A stretch of 64,000 nt of DNA. It comes from Methanobacteriota archaeon (lineage in GTDB: Archaea > Thermoplasmatota > Thermoplasmata > SG8-5 > JAGLSY01). The position numbers and the translations under genes are program-made. The DNA lies in the NCBI GenBank assembly GCA_020696385.1, contig JAEHCQ010000004.1, positions 32,001 through 96,000 on the forward strand, given 5' to 3'. The notes below the pieces were generated by a model. It made no database searches and was not told the origin of the DNA. It was given only the letters and a program-made list of their open reading frames with translations. Of this stretch, positions 55,221-64,000 are shown piece after piece (position 1 is the stretch's first letter; each line of letters opens with the position of its first letter).

Positions 55221-55892
55221 ATGTTCGATTCCCCACAGGAAAAGATAAGAAAATGGCTTGAAAAAACCATAAAGGATAGCCAGCAAGCTGTAGATCATGG
55301 ATGGATTATAGAGGAAGAAGGTAGCACCATGGTCATAGACACTGAGCAGATGCCCTTCAAAATAATCATTCAGGTAGATGATGATCTTACCTACATTGCT
55401 GTCAAAACCGCCATATATACAAAGGACAAGCCAGTGGAGATCGCTGAATCAGTTTTCCGCTCTCTTCTCAAGAAGAACAAGGCCATGGGTCTTTCCAAGT
55501 TCTTTCTCATGGATGAGGATGATACCCTTTGCCTAAGGACCGATCTATACACCCAGCATATGGATAAGAAAGAGTTCAATCTGGCACTGGAATCTACCAT
55601 ACTTGGTGGCAGATGGCTGATAGCCGAGCTGGGTGAAACAGAGGAGGACAATCGTTTTGCCAAGGAGATGGCCACCCTTGGATCTGCTGAGCTGCTCATA
55701 GGCACACCCATGGAAGAAGTGGAGGCCAAGATGGTGGAGGCTGGGTATCCGGAGGATCAGGCTGTAATACTTGTTAAGAGCCTGGCATATCAACTGGGTT
55801 TGATAGAAAAAGAAGAAAATGAGAGTGAAGACGTTCAGATCCAGACTCCTGAAGAGGAAGACACCAGCGCGGTAGATCGATATATTTGGTGA
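55221..55892 (+). CDS. Hypothetical protein, possible YbjN / type III chaperone-like fold
   Basis: FRSLLKKNK.MGLSKFFLMDEDDTLCLRTDL pattern. Confidence 0.6.
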   Translation: MFDSPQEKIRKWLEKTIKDSQQAVDHGWIIEEEGSTMVIDTEQMPFKIIIQVDDDLTYIAVKTAIYTKDKPVEIAESVFRSLLKKNKAMGLSKFFLMDEDDTLCLRTDLYTQHMDKKEFNLALESTILGGRWLIAELGETEEDNRFAKEMATLGSAELLIGTPMEEVEAKMVEAGYPEDQAVILVKSLAYQLGLIEKEENESEDVQIQTPEEEDTSAVDRYIW

Positions 55893-55964
55893 TCATATCA
55901 ATAACTCAGATGCGTAATCATGCGCAAGTTTTATTATTCTTGTATCATATTGACAAATGTTAAT

Positions 55965-57092
55965 ATGCTTGATATCGACACCGAACTGGGTAAAGCGAAG
56001 CAGGCACTAGATGCCAGGAATTTTGATGAGGCCAAGGACATCTGCAAGACCATTCTCCATGATGTGACCGGAACTCTTGAGTCCGACCTGCGCGATAAGA
56101 TGAGCATATACGATGTTCTAGCAGAGATCACAAGGATTGAAGGACGTCTAGTGGACAATATAATGTACTCGGACCATGTGATAGACGGTGCCCGGAAATT
56201 GAATGACCGAGAGACACTGGCCAGGATGCTGAATACCAGTGGTTTCACCCTCAATAGAATGGGGAACCGTGATGGTGCTATGGAGAGGTTCAAGGAGGCT
56301 GAAAAACTGGTTCATAACTTCAAGAACCAGGTGCAATACGGTCGTGCATTGGCTGGCCAGGCAAATATTCTATGGCGAAGTGGGAAGAATAGAGATGCGA
56401 TCCAGCTGGCCGAGAAAGTTTTGGAGATCGGTCTGGCGAATGATGAGAACATGCTTACAGCTGGAGCTGCTGGTATACTATGTTCATGCTGGTATGAGCT
56501 GGCCGAGTTCGACAAGGCACTTCAGGCTGCCAAGTTATCTGTGTCCACTTACAGGAATATGGTCAATCCAGCTGATCTAGCCCGGGCATTGAACAATCAG
56601 GGTGAGATATACAAGAGGATGAAGCAATTCGACAATGCCATAACTTCGTACCAGGAGGGCATATCCATTCTGGGCTCTGGCAAGGAAAGACAATTGGGCT
56701 ATCTTTTGACCAATTTGGCCGAATCCCAGGTCCGTAAGGAGGATATCTCCACGGCAGAGGCCAGCCTTGGTGAGGCCAAGGCCATTCTGGAGGGTAGTGA
56801 GGATAAATTCGCAGTGGCCTGCATGTGGTTCGTCACTGGGTTGATAGAAGTGGCCAATGATCGCCCTGAAAAGGGAATAGAATGGATCCGCAGGGCCGAA
56901 AGGCGTATGGAAAGTTTGGGTATGGTCTATGACCTCGGGGTCATCCAGTATGAGATGGCAAGCATATACATGAAGATCGGCAGGGTGGACCTAGCGGTCA
57001 TGAATATTCACAAAGCCATCGATGTGCTGGCCAAGGCCGGGTCCAAGGATCTGGTAGATAATGTGAAGGATATCATCCGCGGTGGCAAGTGA
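55965..57092 (+). CDS. TPR-repeat protein
   Basis: ARALNNQGEIYKRMKQFDNAITSYQEG and related repeats. Confidence 0.85.
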   Translation: MLDIDTELGKAKQALDARNFDEAKDICKTILHDVTGTLESDLRDKMSIYDVLAEITRIEGRLVDNIMYSDHVIDGARKLNDRETLARMLNTSGFTLNRMGNRDGAMERFKEAEKLVHNFKNQVQYGRALAGQANILWRSGKNRDAIQLAEKVLEIGLANDENMLTAGAAGILCSCWYELAEFDKALQAAKLSVSTYRNMVNPADLARALNNQGEIYKRMKQFDNAITSYQEGISILGSGKERQLGYLLTNLAESQVRKEDISTAEASLGEAKAILEGSEDKFAVACMWFVTGLIEVANDRPEKGIEWIRRAERRMESLGMVYDLGVIQYEMASIYMKIGRVDLAVMNIHKAIDVLAKAGSKDLVDNVKDIIRGGK

Positions 57093-57133
57093 GCGAGGCA
57101 AAACATATTATCTTCTTCATCGATATTAGGCCA

Positions 57134-58174
57134 ATGAAGATTCTTTTCATATGGAACGTGCGCGCGGAGCTGAGATCATATCTGGAAGATGCCCTTCCAG
57201 AGATGCAGATGATATACCCTTGTCCAGTTGGCTCGGATGATAATTTCGACACAGTGACAGAGGATATGTACCTGCCCTATGCCAGTGAGGTAGATGTGAT
57301 AGTTGGCTGGAGACCATCAAAGGAGCTTCTTCTTGCAGCCAGTAATATTAAATTGTTCATCAATCCCGGGGCCGGTGTGCAACATATAACCGACCTCTTC
57401 CTGGAACTGAGAGAAGAGGGACGAACCATACCATTGGCGAATGGGCATGGCAATGCTTATTTCACGGCCACTGGCGCGGTCGGTATTTTGCTCTCTCTAA
57501 TGAACAAGACCATCGTTCACCACAACTGGATGGTGGATGGGAACTGGCGATTCCTGGATGACAAGGCCAAGACCATCCCACTGAGGGATAGAAAAGTGGG
57601 ATTCCTTGGATACGGGCATGTGAGCCAACATGTACATTCATTTCTATCAAATTTCCGACTGGAATTCCACGCTCTTAGGAAGGACTGGACAAAGCAAAAG
57701 GATGAGGGTCCGACACCCATTATCCGGTATGGTCCGAATGGGCTGGACGAGTTTCTTAGGACGGTCGATATTCTGTTCATCAGTTTGCCGAGTACGAAGG
57801 ATACCATCGGTCTAATAGCAAAGGCCGAGCTGGACTTGCTTGGACCAGATGGAATATTGGTGCAGACTGGCCGTGGTGATATTGTGGATGAGAAGGCCCT
57901 TTTCACAGCCCTTAAGGACAAAAGAATAACAGGGGCAGCCATTGACGTGTGGTATGATTATAGGCCAAAGGAGGGCGAACAAGGCCGTAAATATCCTTAC
58001 AACCAGCTCGAACATCCTTTTCATGAGCTGGACAATGTCGTGATGTCGCCGCATAGATGTGCGTCGCCTTTTGATGATCTGGAGAGATGGGATGAGGTCA
58101 TTGAGAATATTAAGAGGGTGAGAGACGGAAGTGCTGACTACCTCAATATAGTGGATATTGAGGCCGGATACTAG
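57134..58174 (+). CDS. D-isomer-specific 2-hydroxyacid dehydrogenase
   Basis: GAGVQH, VGFLGYGHV, TGRGDIVDE, AAIDVW, MSPH. Confidence 0.88.
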   Translation: MKILFIWNVRAELRSYLEDALPEMQMIYPCPVGSDDNFDTVTEDMYLPYASEVDVIVGWRPSKELLLAASNIKLFINPGAGVQHITDLFLELREEGRTIPLANGHGNAYFTATGAVGILLSLMNKTIVHHNWMVDGNWRFLDDKAKTIPLRDRKVGFLGYGHVSQHVHSFLSNFRLEFHALRKDWTKQKDEGPTPIIRYGPNGLDEFLRTVDILFISLPSTKDTIGLIAKAELDLLGPDGILVQTGRGDIVDEKALFTALKDKRITGAAIDVWYDYRPKEGEQGRKYPYNQLEHPFHELDNVVMSPHRCASPFDDLERWDEVIENIKRVRDGSADYLNIVDIEAGY

Positions 58175-58203
58175 ATCATTGATCCATCATTATCCCTTTA
58201 ATC

Positions 58204-59796
58204 TCATTCAAGTTTGAATTCCTCAACCGCCATCTCCCTGAGCTTGAACTTCTGTATCTTGCCGGACTCTGTCATTGGATATTCATTGACGAACCAGATG
58301 AATTTTGGAACCTTGAAATTGGCTATATTTTCCTTGCAATGGCTGATCAAATCTTCCTTAGTCACATTGTGGTCATTCTTTAATTTGATGACCGCCATTC
58401 CGGCCTCGCCCAGTCTCTTATCCGGAACACCTATAACGGAAGCCGTGTCCACATAAGGCAGGGTGAAGAGGAATTCCTCGATCTCCCTGGGATAGACATT
58501 GAAGCCGCCTGATATGTACATCTCCTTCTTTCTTCCCACGATCCTGATGTATCCTCTATCATCCATTGTGGCCAGATCTCCAGAATGAAGCCAACTGCCA
58601 TCGTCAATTGCTTCTTTTGTTTGGCCTGGCATCTTGAAATAGCCTTTCATTATATTGTAGCCCCGGGAGACAAGCTCGCCGGTCTCGTTGAGGGGAAGTT
58701 CCTTTCCCTCGACGTCGATGATTTTTATTTCCTGTTCTGGCAAGGCTCTCCCAACGGTCTCCACCCTGTCCTCAAGGGAGTCATTCAGCCTGGTCATGGT
58801 TATGACGGGCGATGCTTCCGTGAGTCCGTAGGCTATTGAGATATTGGCCCCCATCTTGTCAATGGCCCCCTTCATCACCTCTATGGGGCAGGGAGCTCCG
58901 GCCATCACACCAGTCCTTACAGCATCCAGGTCGTAATCCTTATTTTTGAGCACATCCAGGTAGTTGATGAACATGGTCGGAACACCGTGAACCACCGATA
59001 TTCTGTATCTCTCCATGGCTTCCAGTGAACTCTTGGCATCGAATACAGGCATGGGAACCACACCAGAACCAGCATGGACTGAAGCCGAGAGAGCGATCAC
59101 ACAGCCAAAGCAGTGGAAGAAAGGCACTACAATGAGGGTATTGTCATGCTCATTTTGCTCAAGAACCTCGGCGACCTGGGCAGCATTTTTCGCGATGTTC
59201 AGATTGGTCAGCATAGCTCCCTTTGGCTCTCCGGTCGTTCCAGAGGTGTATAGGATGAAGACCGTGTCATCTTCTTTTGCTTTCTTAATGATATCTTCCA
59301 GAGCCAGGTCATGAGCATGATCCGAGCCAGCCTCCAGAATTTCATCGAAAGCAGTCATTCCAGATAACACCCTGTCACCAAGTACGATAACCTTCTTCAG
59401 CTCGGGTATCTTGCCTCGGAGGGAATCAAGTATTGTAATATAATCAGAGCTCATAAAATCCGAGGTCATGACAAGAGCTGTTGCCTGGGAGTTGTTCATT
59501 ATGTAATCAACTTCCTTGGCCTTATATCTGGTGTTCATGGGGACCACGACACCACCCATCCTGGCAATTCCAAAAAAGGCGATTATCCATTCGGGATAAT
59601 TCGGCATATATAGACCAACACGATCTCCCTTTTTAATATCGTTCTTCAAAAGACCGCTGGCGAATCTGGATGCTTTACTGTCCAGTTCGCTAAATGTCAT
59701 CTCTATTCCTTTAAAATAGATGGCAGTCTTATCAGGGAATCGCTCTGCCGCCCTCTTTAGCAAGTTTGATAATATATAATCCGTCATCTGTTTCAC
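58204..59796 (-). CDS. Long-chain acyl-CoA synthetase (AMP-binding)
   Basis: YTSGTTGEPKG, YGLTEASP, WLHSGDLA, SGKIQK. Confidence 0.93.
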   Translation of the reverse strand: MKQMTDYILSNLLKRAAERFPDKTAIYFKGIEMTFSELDSKASRFASGLLKNDIKKGDRVGLYMPNYPEWIIAFFGIARMGGVVVPMNTRYKAKEVDYIMNNSQATALVMTSDFMSSDYITILDSLRGKIPELKKVIVLGDRVLSGMTAFDEILEAGSDHAHDLALEDIIKKAKEDDTVFILYTSGTTGEPKGAMLTNLNIAKNAAQVAEVLEQNEHDNTLIVVPFFHCFGCVIALSASVHAGSGVVPMPVFDAKSSLEAMERYRISVVHGVPTMFINYLDVLKNKDYDLDAVRTGVMAGAPCPIEVMKGAIDKMGANISIAYGLTEASPVITMTRLNDSLEDRVETVGRALPEQEIKIIDVEGKELPLNETGELVSRGYNIMKGYFKMPGQTKEAIDDGSWLHSGDLATMDDRGYIRIVGRKKEMYISGGFNVYPREIEEFLFTLPYVDTASVIGVPDKRLGEAGMAVIKLKNDHNVTKEDLISHCKENIANFKVPKFIWFVNEYPMTESGKIQKFKLREMAVEEFKLE

Positions 59797-59949
59797 CTAT
59801 GGATATTGTATCTGGGTAATTTCTTGTCAGCGGTCAAATCATACCTGATATAAGATTTTTATCCTTGTATGGAAAGTGTTGGCTGATCATCTCTAGTAAT
59901 TGAAATGGCAATTAGGTTTCCTTCTCCGATATATTGGGATAAAATAAGG

Positions 59950-60061
59950 TGGGCCCAACGAGATTTGAACTCGAGACATCCCGGTATCAGAGAGAACAAC
60001 CCCTTATTTGAGGTTTGTTCCATATCAGCCGGGCGCTATAACCAGGCTAAGCCATGGGCCC
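59950..60061 (-). tRNA. tRNA-Ile(GAT) with a 37-nt canonical intron (59986-60022)
   Basis: Acceptor GGGCCCA/TGGGCCC-A, CCCGG-CTGATA^A-CCGGG, AGTTCAAATCT. Confidence 0.92.
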
Positions 60062-60473
60062 ATTGCGTTTGGTAAGTGACTCCATCCCCTGGTTGGGTCA
60101 AATAGAACTAGAGCCCTTACATGTCCCTGAAATAAGTTATTTGATTTAAACCTATCTCGCCCCTCTGCTCATTTTCATGTATTGAAGAATTATATTGTCT
60201 GACAGAAGGTGCCAGTAATTATTTAATCAATAGATTATTAGTTTCATTATATTGATAATCAAATATAATCCATATACTTGATATTTAGTGCATTTATCCT
60301 AAAAAGGAAACATTTATATATACAGCAATAGATATAGTTGCTTGTCTGACAAAGGTCGGACTCTACATGGGATGGGATGTAGAAAGCACTTTCAGGACTA
60401 ATATGAAATAAATCGAGGCCAAGTGAAAGTTGACCTTTTTTGCCTGTTCCAGTAATTTGGATAGGTGACGAGT

Positions 60474-63400
60474 TTGTATCTCAAACAACTTGAAGTGGAG
60501 AATTTCAAATCATTCAAGGGCAAATTGTCCATACCATTTATGGATGGATTTACGGCTATTACAGGGCCGAATGGCAGTGGGAAATCCAATGTATCTGATG
60601 CTGTGCTTTTTGTGTTGGGGCCAAGGAGCTCCAAGGCCATAAGGGCGGGTAAGCTCACTGATCTTATATTCAATGGTGGTAAGACTGGTAAGCCAGCATC
60701 ATTTTGCAAGGTATCTTTGATCTTTGATAATTCGGAGAATATTCTACCGATCTCGACCAATGAAGTAAAATTGACCAGGCTTGTCAAGCGCTCGAAGAAC
60801 CAGATCGGGTATAGCAGTAATTTTTATGTCAATGGGAAGAAGTCCACATTGGGAGACTTCGACAATATTCTTTCTCATGCAAGGATCTCATCAGATGGCT
60901 ATAATATCGTACAGCAGGGTGATATAACCAATATCGTCAGCATGGGCGGTGTAGAGCGCAGGCAGATATTGGATGAGATAGCCGGAATAACAAGATTTGA
61001 CAAGGATATCGACTCTGCCAATGTCGAGAAGATAGAGACCGATGACAACCTTGAACGTATTGATATCATAATGGATGAGATACGCAAGCAACTGAAGCAA
61101 TTGGAAGGCGAAAGGACCAGTGCGATGAAGTACAAGGAGATCAAGGAAAAACTGGACCTTGCCAGAGCCCAGATCGAATACAAGAAGAAAAGCAGTGTGG
61201 AGAATGAGCTTCAGGGAATGGAAGAGCAGATCAATAAGAGGGAAGAGGAGATATCAAAAACACATGCTGAGAAAGCCGCTCTTTCCAAGAAGCTCAATGA
61301 TATATCCATCGAGTTGGATGAGCTTGAAAAAGAGTTCTCCGAGAAGAGCTCGCAGGAAAACCTGGAATTGAAGAATAAAATTGATTCTTTACGCGTCGAG
61401 GTTGCAAGAAGTAATGATTCTATAGAATTGTCCAAAGAACAGATACCTGAGCTTAAGGGTGAGAAAAAGAAAAAAGCTCTGGATATGAAAAAGATAGAGA
61501 CAGAGCTTGTGGACTTGAATACTGAACTCAAATCTACAGAGATCAAGATCAAGGACAATGATCACGAGATGAAGGAATTGGACAAGTCTTTGAAAAAGCA
61601 CAAGTCCAAGCTTTCCAAATCCGATACCGACCTCTCCAAACTTCAGGATGATGTTGTTGAGATGAAGAACAATATGGATGTAGGCGCGACCCAAGTTCAG
61701 AAGCTTATCATAGATAAGGACAGGGCACTTGATAAGAGCAAAAGGATCAAGCTGGATATATCTGAGCTTGAAGAATCAAAGAAGACCCTGGAATTCGAGA
61801 TCAAGGATACTGACTGGCGCCTTAAGGAATACAGTTCCACCACGAAGAATTCGGATAAAGAAATGAAGGCACTGCAGGAGAATTTCTTCCAGAAGAAGAG
61901 CAGGGAGGAAGAACTCTCCAAGCAAGCGGTGGAGCTTGAGAGCGCGATCAAATCCCTGACAAGACAATATAATCAATTAAAAGCAGAAAGCGAGGCTTCA
62001 CAATCTGTGGCCAAAGGTTACACAGCAGCTGTTAACAAATTGGTCGAGGCAAGGGATCGTGGAGATATCAAAGGTATTCATGGAACGATCGCCGAGCTGA
62101 TAAATGTGGATGATCAGTTCGAAACTGCGATCAACACGGCCGCTGGCCCAAGAATGCAGGCCCTGGTTGTCAATGATGATGCAGTGGCTGAAAAATGTAT
62201 ATCCTATCTCAAGAAGAACAAGATAGGCAGGGCGACCTTCCTTCCACTCAATAAGATGGTGATGCAGAAGCCAAGGGGCAAGGCTCAATTGGCTGTCAAG
62301 AGATCACTTGGCTTTGCCTTGGATCTGGTTCAATTTGACGAGAAATATCGAGATGTATTCTCCTATGTATTTGGCGACACCCTGGTCATGGGCTCTCTCT
62401 CGGAAGCAAGAGAGATAATGGGCGGTGTCAGGATCGTGACCAAGGATGGAGAGCTTATTGAAGCATCAGGTGCCATGATAGGTGGATTGAGATCCCGATC
62501 TATGCTCAAGATCGGAAGTACGGATAAGAAATCTCTGGATGATGTTTCAAAGAGGCTGAGAAAGGCCACGAATGAAGCAGATAATATCAGCGGGGAATTA
62601 AGCTCATTGAGATTGGAGCTCATTGGAATTGAAAAGGAGATAAAAGAGACAGGAGCCTCATCCGGTGGATCATTGGGTAAAGGCGAAGCCCTCAAAATAA
62701 AAAAGAAAGAGCTCCAGACGAATCTCAAGACCCTTGATAACAATATCACAGGATTGAAGAAGGAACTCGGAATTGTGGAAAAGAGCATCACGAAGCTCGA
62801 ATCCGAACTGATGTCCCAGGCGGACAAGATGGAGACTTTGAAAGCACAGAAAGATGAGATGGAAAAGAATCTCTTCAAATTGACCCCTGCAAAGATGGGC
62901 AAAGAGATGAATGAACTTCAATCAAAATTATCCGAACATATCAATATCAAGTCCGAGTTGGAAGCAGGTGGATCATCTCTGAAGGCACAGATCAAGCTGT
63001 ATACGGAAAGGAAGAAAGAAATACAAGCTGTATTGGATGAACTGGAAAATAAGATCAATGTAAATCAGGATAATATCAAATCAAAATCCAAAGAGACAGA
63101 CAAGCTTAAGGTGAGCTTGAAAGCAGAATTGAAATTACAGGAATCGATGGGCAAGGATCTTATCATTGCCAGGGATAGGCGAGATAAAGTTTATCGAACC
63201 AAGATGGAGACCGAGGCCGAGATAGAGAAGCTCAATCACAGAGCGGAGACCAAGGAAGACTTCATCAGAGGTTTAAGGATCGAATACGAGAATGCTTCCA
63301 AGAGATTGAAGGAGATAGAGGAAGCGGTTAAAGATATCAAGATCGAAGATAAGGACAAGATACCTTCAATGGAAACACTGAAGAAGATCATCAGAAGATC

Positions 63401-64000
63401 CGAAGTATCACTGGAGACCATCGGCAGTGTGAATATGCTGGCTTTGGAAACCTATGAAGAGCAGAAGGACAGACATGAAGAACTGAAGGTCGAGGTCAAG
63501 AGATTGAAGGATCAGCGAAAGAGATTGATCAAGCTGGTTGACGAGCTCAAGGAGAAAAAGAAGACCGGGCTCCTCAAAGTATTCGATGGTATCAATGAGA
63601 AGTTCAAGGATGTGTATGCGGATCTCTCGGATGGGGGAGAAGCTGAGCTTCTTATAGAGAATATGACGGATCCTTTCCAGGGTGGCCTGCAGATAAAGGC
63701 CAGACCCAAGGGGAAGAAAGTGCACAGGTTGGAAGCACTTTCTGGTGGTGAGAAGGGCCTTGTTTCCATGTCCTTCATATTCGCGATCCAGAGATATCAG
63801 CCATCACCTTTCTATGTTCTTGACGAGGTAGATCAGAACCTCGATGCTCTAAATGCACGCAATATCGCGCAGATGATAAAGAGGAATTCCGAGCGTGCTC
63901 AATTCCTTCAGATATCACTTAGAGAGGTTACATTGAAGGAGGCTTCCAATCTCGTGGGGGTCACCATGCAGAATGATGGTATTTCCAAGGTCATAATGAA
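60474..64000 (+). CDS. smc: Chromosome segregation protein SMC (runs off the window end; not in ORF track)
   Basis: TTG start after GGTGA: MYLKQLEVENFKSF, ITGPNGSGKSN, hinge GIHGTIAELI...GRATFLPL, LSGGEK, FYVLDEVD; start and end are in the same frame. Confidence 0.96.
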   Translation, partial: MYLKQLEVENFKSFKGKLSIPFMDGFTAITGPNGSGKSNVSDAVLFVLGPRSSKAIRAGKLTDLIFNGGKTGKPASFCKVSLIFDNSENILPISTNEVKLTRLVKRSKNQIGYSSNFYVNGKKSTLGDFDNILSHARISSDGYNIVQQGDITNIVSMGGVERRQILDEIAGITRFDKDIDSANVEKIETDDNLERIDIIMDEIRKQLKQLEGERTSAMKYKEIKEKLDLARAQIEYKKKSSVENELQGMEEQINKREEEISKTHAEKAALSKKLNDISIELDELEKEFSEKSSQENLELKNKIDSLRVEVARSNDSIELSKEQIPELKGEKKKKALDMKKIETELVDLNTELKSTEIKIKDNDHEMKELDKSLKKHKSKLSKSDTDLSKLQDDVVEMKNNMDVGATQVQKLIIDKDRALDKSKRIKLDISELEESKKTLEFEIKDTDWRLKEYSSTTKNSDKEMKALQENFFQKKSREEELSKQAVELESAIKSLTRQYNQLKAESEASQSVAKGYTAAVNKLVEARDRGDIKGIHGTIAELINVDDQFETAINTAAGPRMQALVVNDDAVAEKCISYLKKNKIGRATFLPLNKMVMQKPRGKAQLAVKRSLGFALDLVQFDEKYRDVFSYVFGDTLVMGSLSEAREIMGGVRIVTKDGELIEASGAMIGGLRSRSMLKIGSTDKKSLDDVSKRLRKATNEADNISGELSSLRLELIGIEKEIKETGASSGGSLGKGEALKIKKKELQTNLKTLDNNITGLKKELGIVEKSITKLESELMSQADKMETLKAQKDEMEKNLFKLTPAKMGKEMNELQSKLSEHINIKSELEAGGSSLKAQIKLYTERKKEIQAVLDELENKINVNQDNIKSKSKETDKLKVSLKAELKLQESMGKDLIIARDRRDKVYRTKMETEAEIEKLNHRAETKEDFIRGLRIEYENASKRLKEIEEAVKDIKIEDKDKIPSMETLKKIIRRSEVSLETIGSVNMLALETYEEQKDRHEELKVEVKRLKDQRKRLIKLVDELKEKKKTGLLKVFDGINEKFKDVYADLSDGGEAELLIENMTDPFQGGLQIKARPKGKKVHRLEALSGGEKGLVSMSFIFAIQRYQPSPFYVLDEVDQNLDALNARNIAQMIKRNSERAQFLQISLREVTLKEASNLVGVTMQNDGISKVIM

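Noticed and set aside
60398-63778. Numerous minus-strand ORFs in the last 3.6 kb
   Set aside because: Antisense shadows of the plus-strand smc gene

Overview
Archaeal chromosomal window, most likely Thermoplasmatota. This is inferred from aRF1, Topo VI, archaeal GlyRS/ArgRS, intron-containing tRNAs, class III pilins and GGTGA/GGAGG ribosome-binding sites. The housekeeping backbone is glyS, pyrH, prf1, argS, top6AB, a DHS-like gene, folD, a three-gene diacetamido-sugar cluster, an Opp-type ABC operon and smc (truncated, and absent from the ORF track). Accessory or unusual content: (1) two tandem Rab-like small GTPases; (2) a ~14 kb signalling cluster of intact and degenerate KaiC-like ATPases, two giant acidic zinc-ribbon membrane proteins (one with a GxTNG repeat tract) and two type IV pilins, with a related KaiC-HhH-TPR gene coupled to a catalytically eroded mevalonate-kinase paralogue about 8 kb away; (3) ~180-bp tandem units carrying the tRNA-Leu 3' end, and a five-member family of structured elements (CTGYGCT-stem-loop-stem-TGCTCG) with covarying stems and a possible U.A-U triple-helix pseudoknot; (4) an AT-rich islet with an ABC-ATPase plus TOPRIM-like pair (candidate defence system); (5) a shared 63-bp promoter motif linking a membrane-anchored HTH regulator to a peptide ABC transporter whose permeases carry very large extracellular insertions. 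All calls are from reading motifs by eye; no database searches or folding programs were run.
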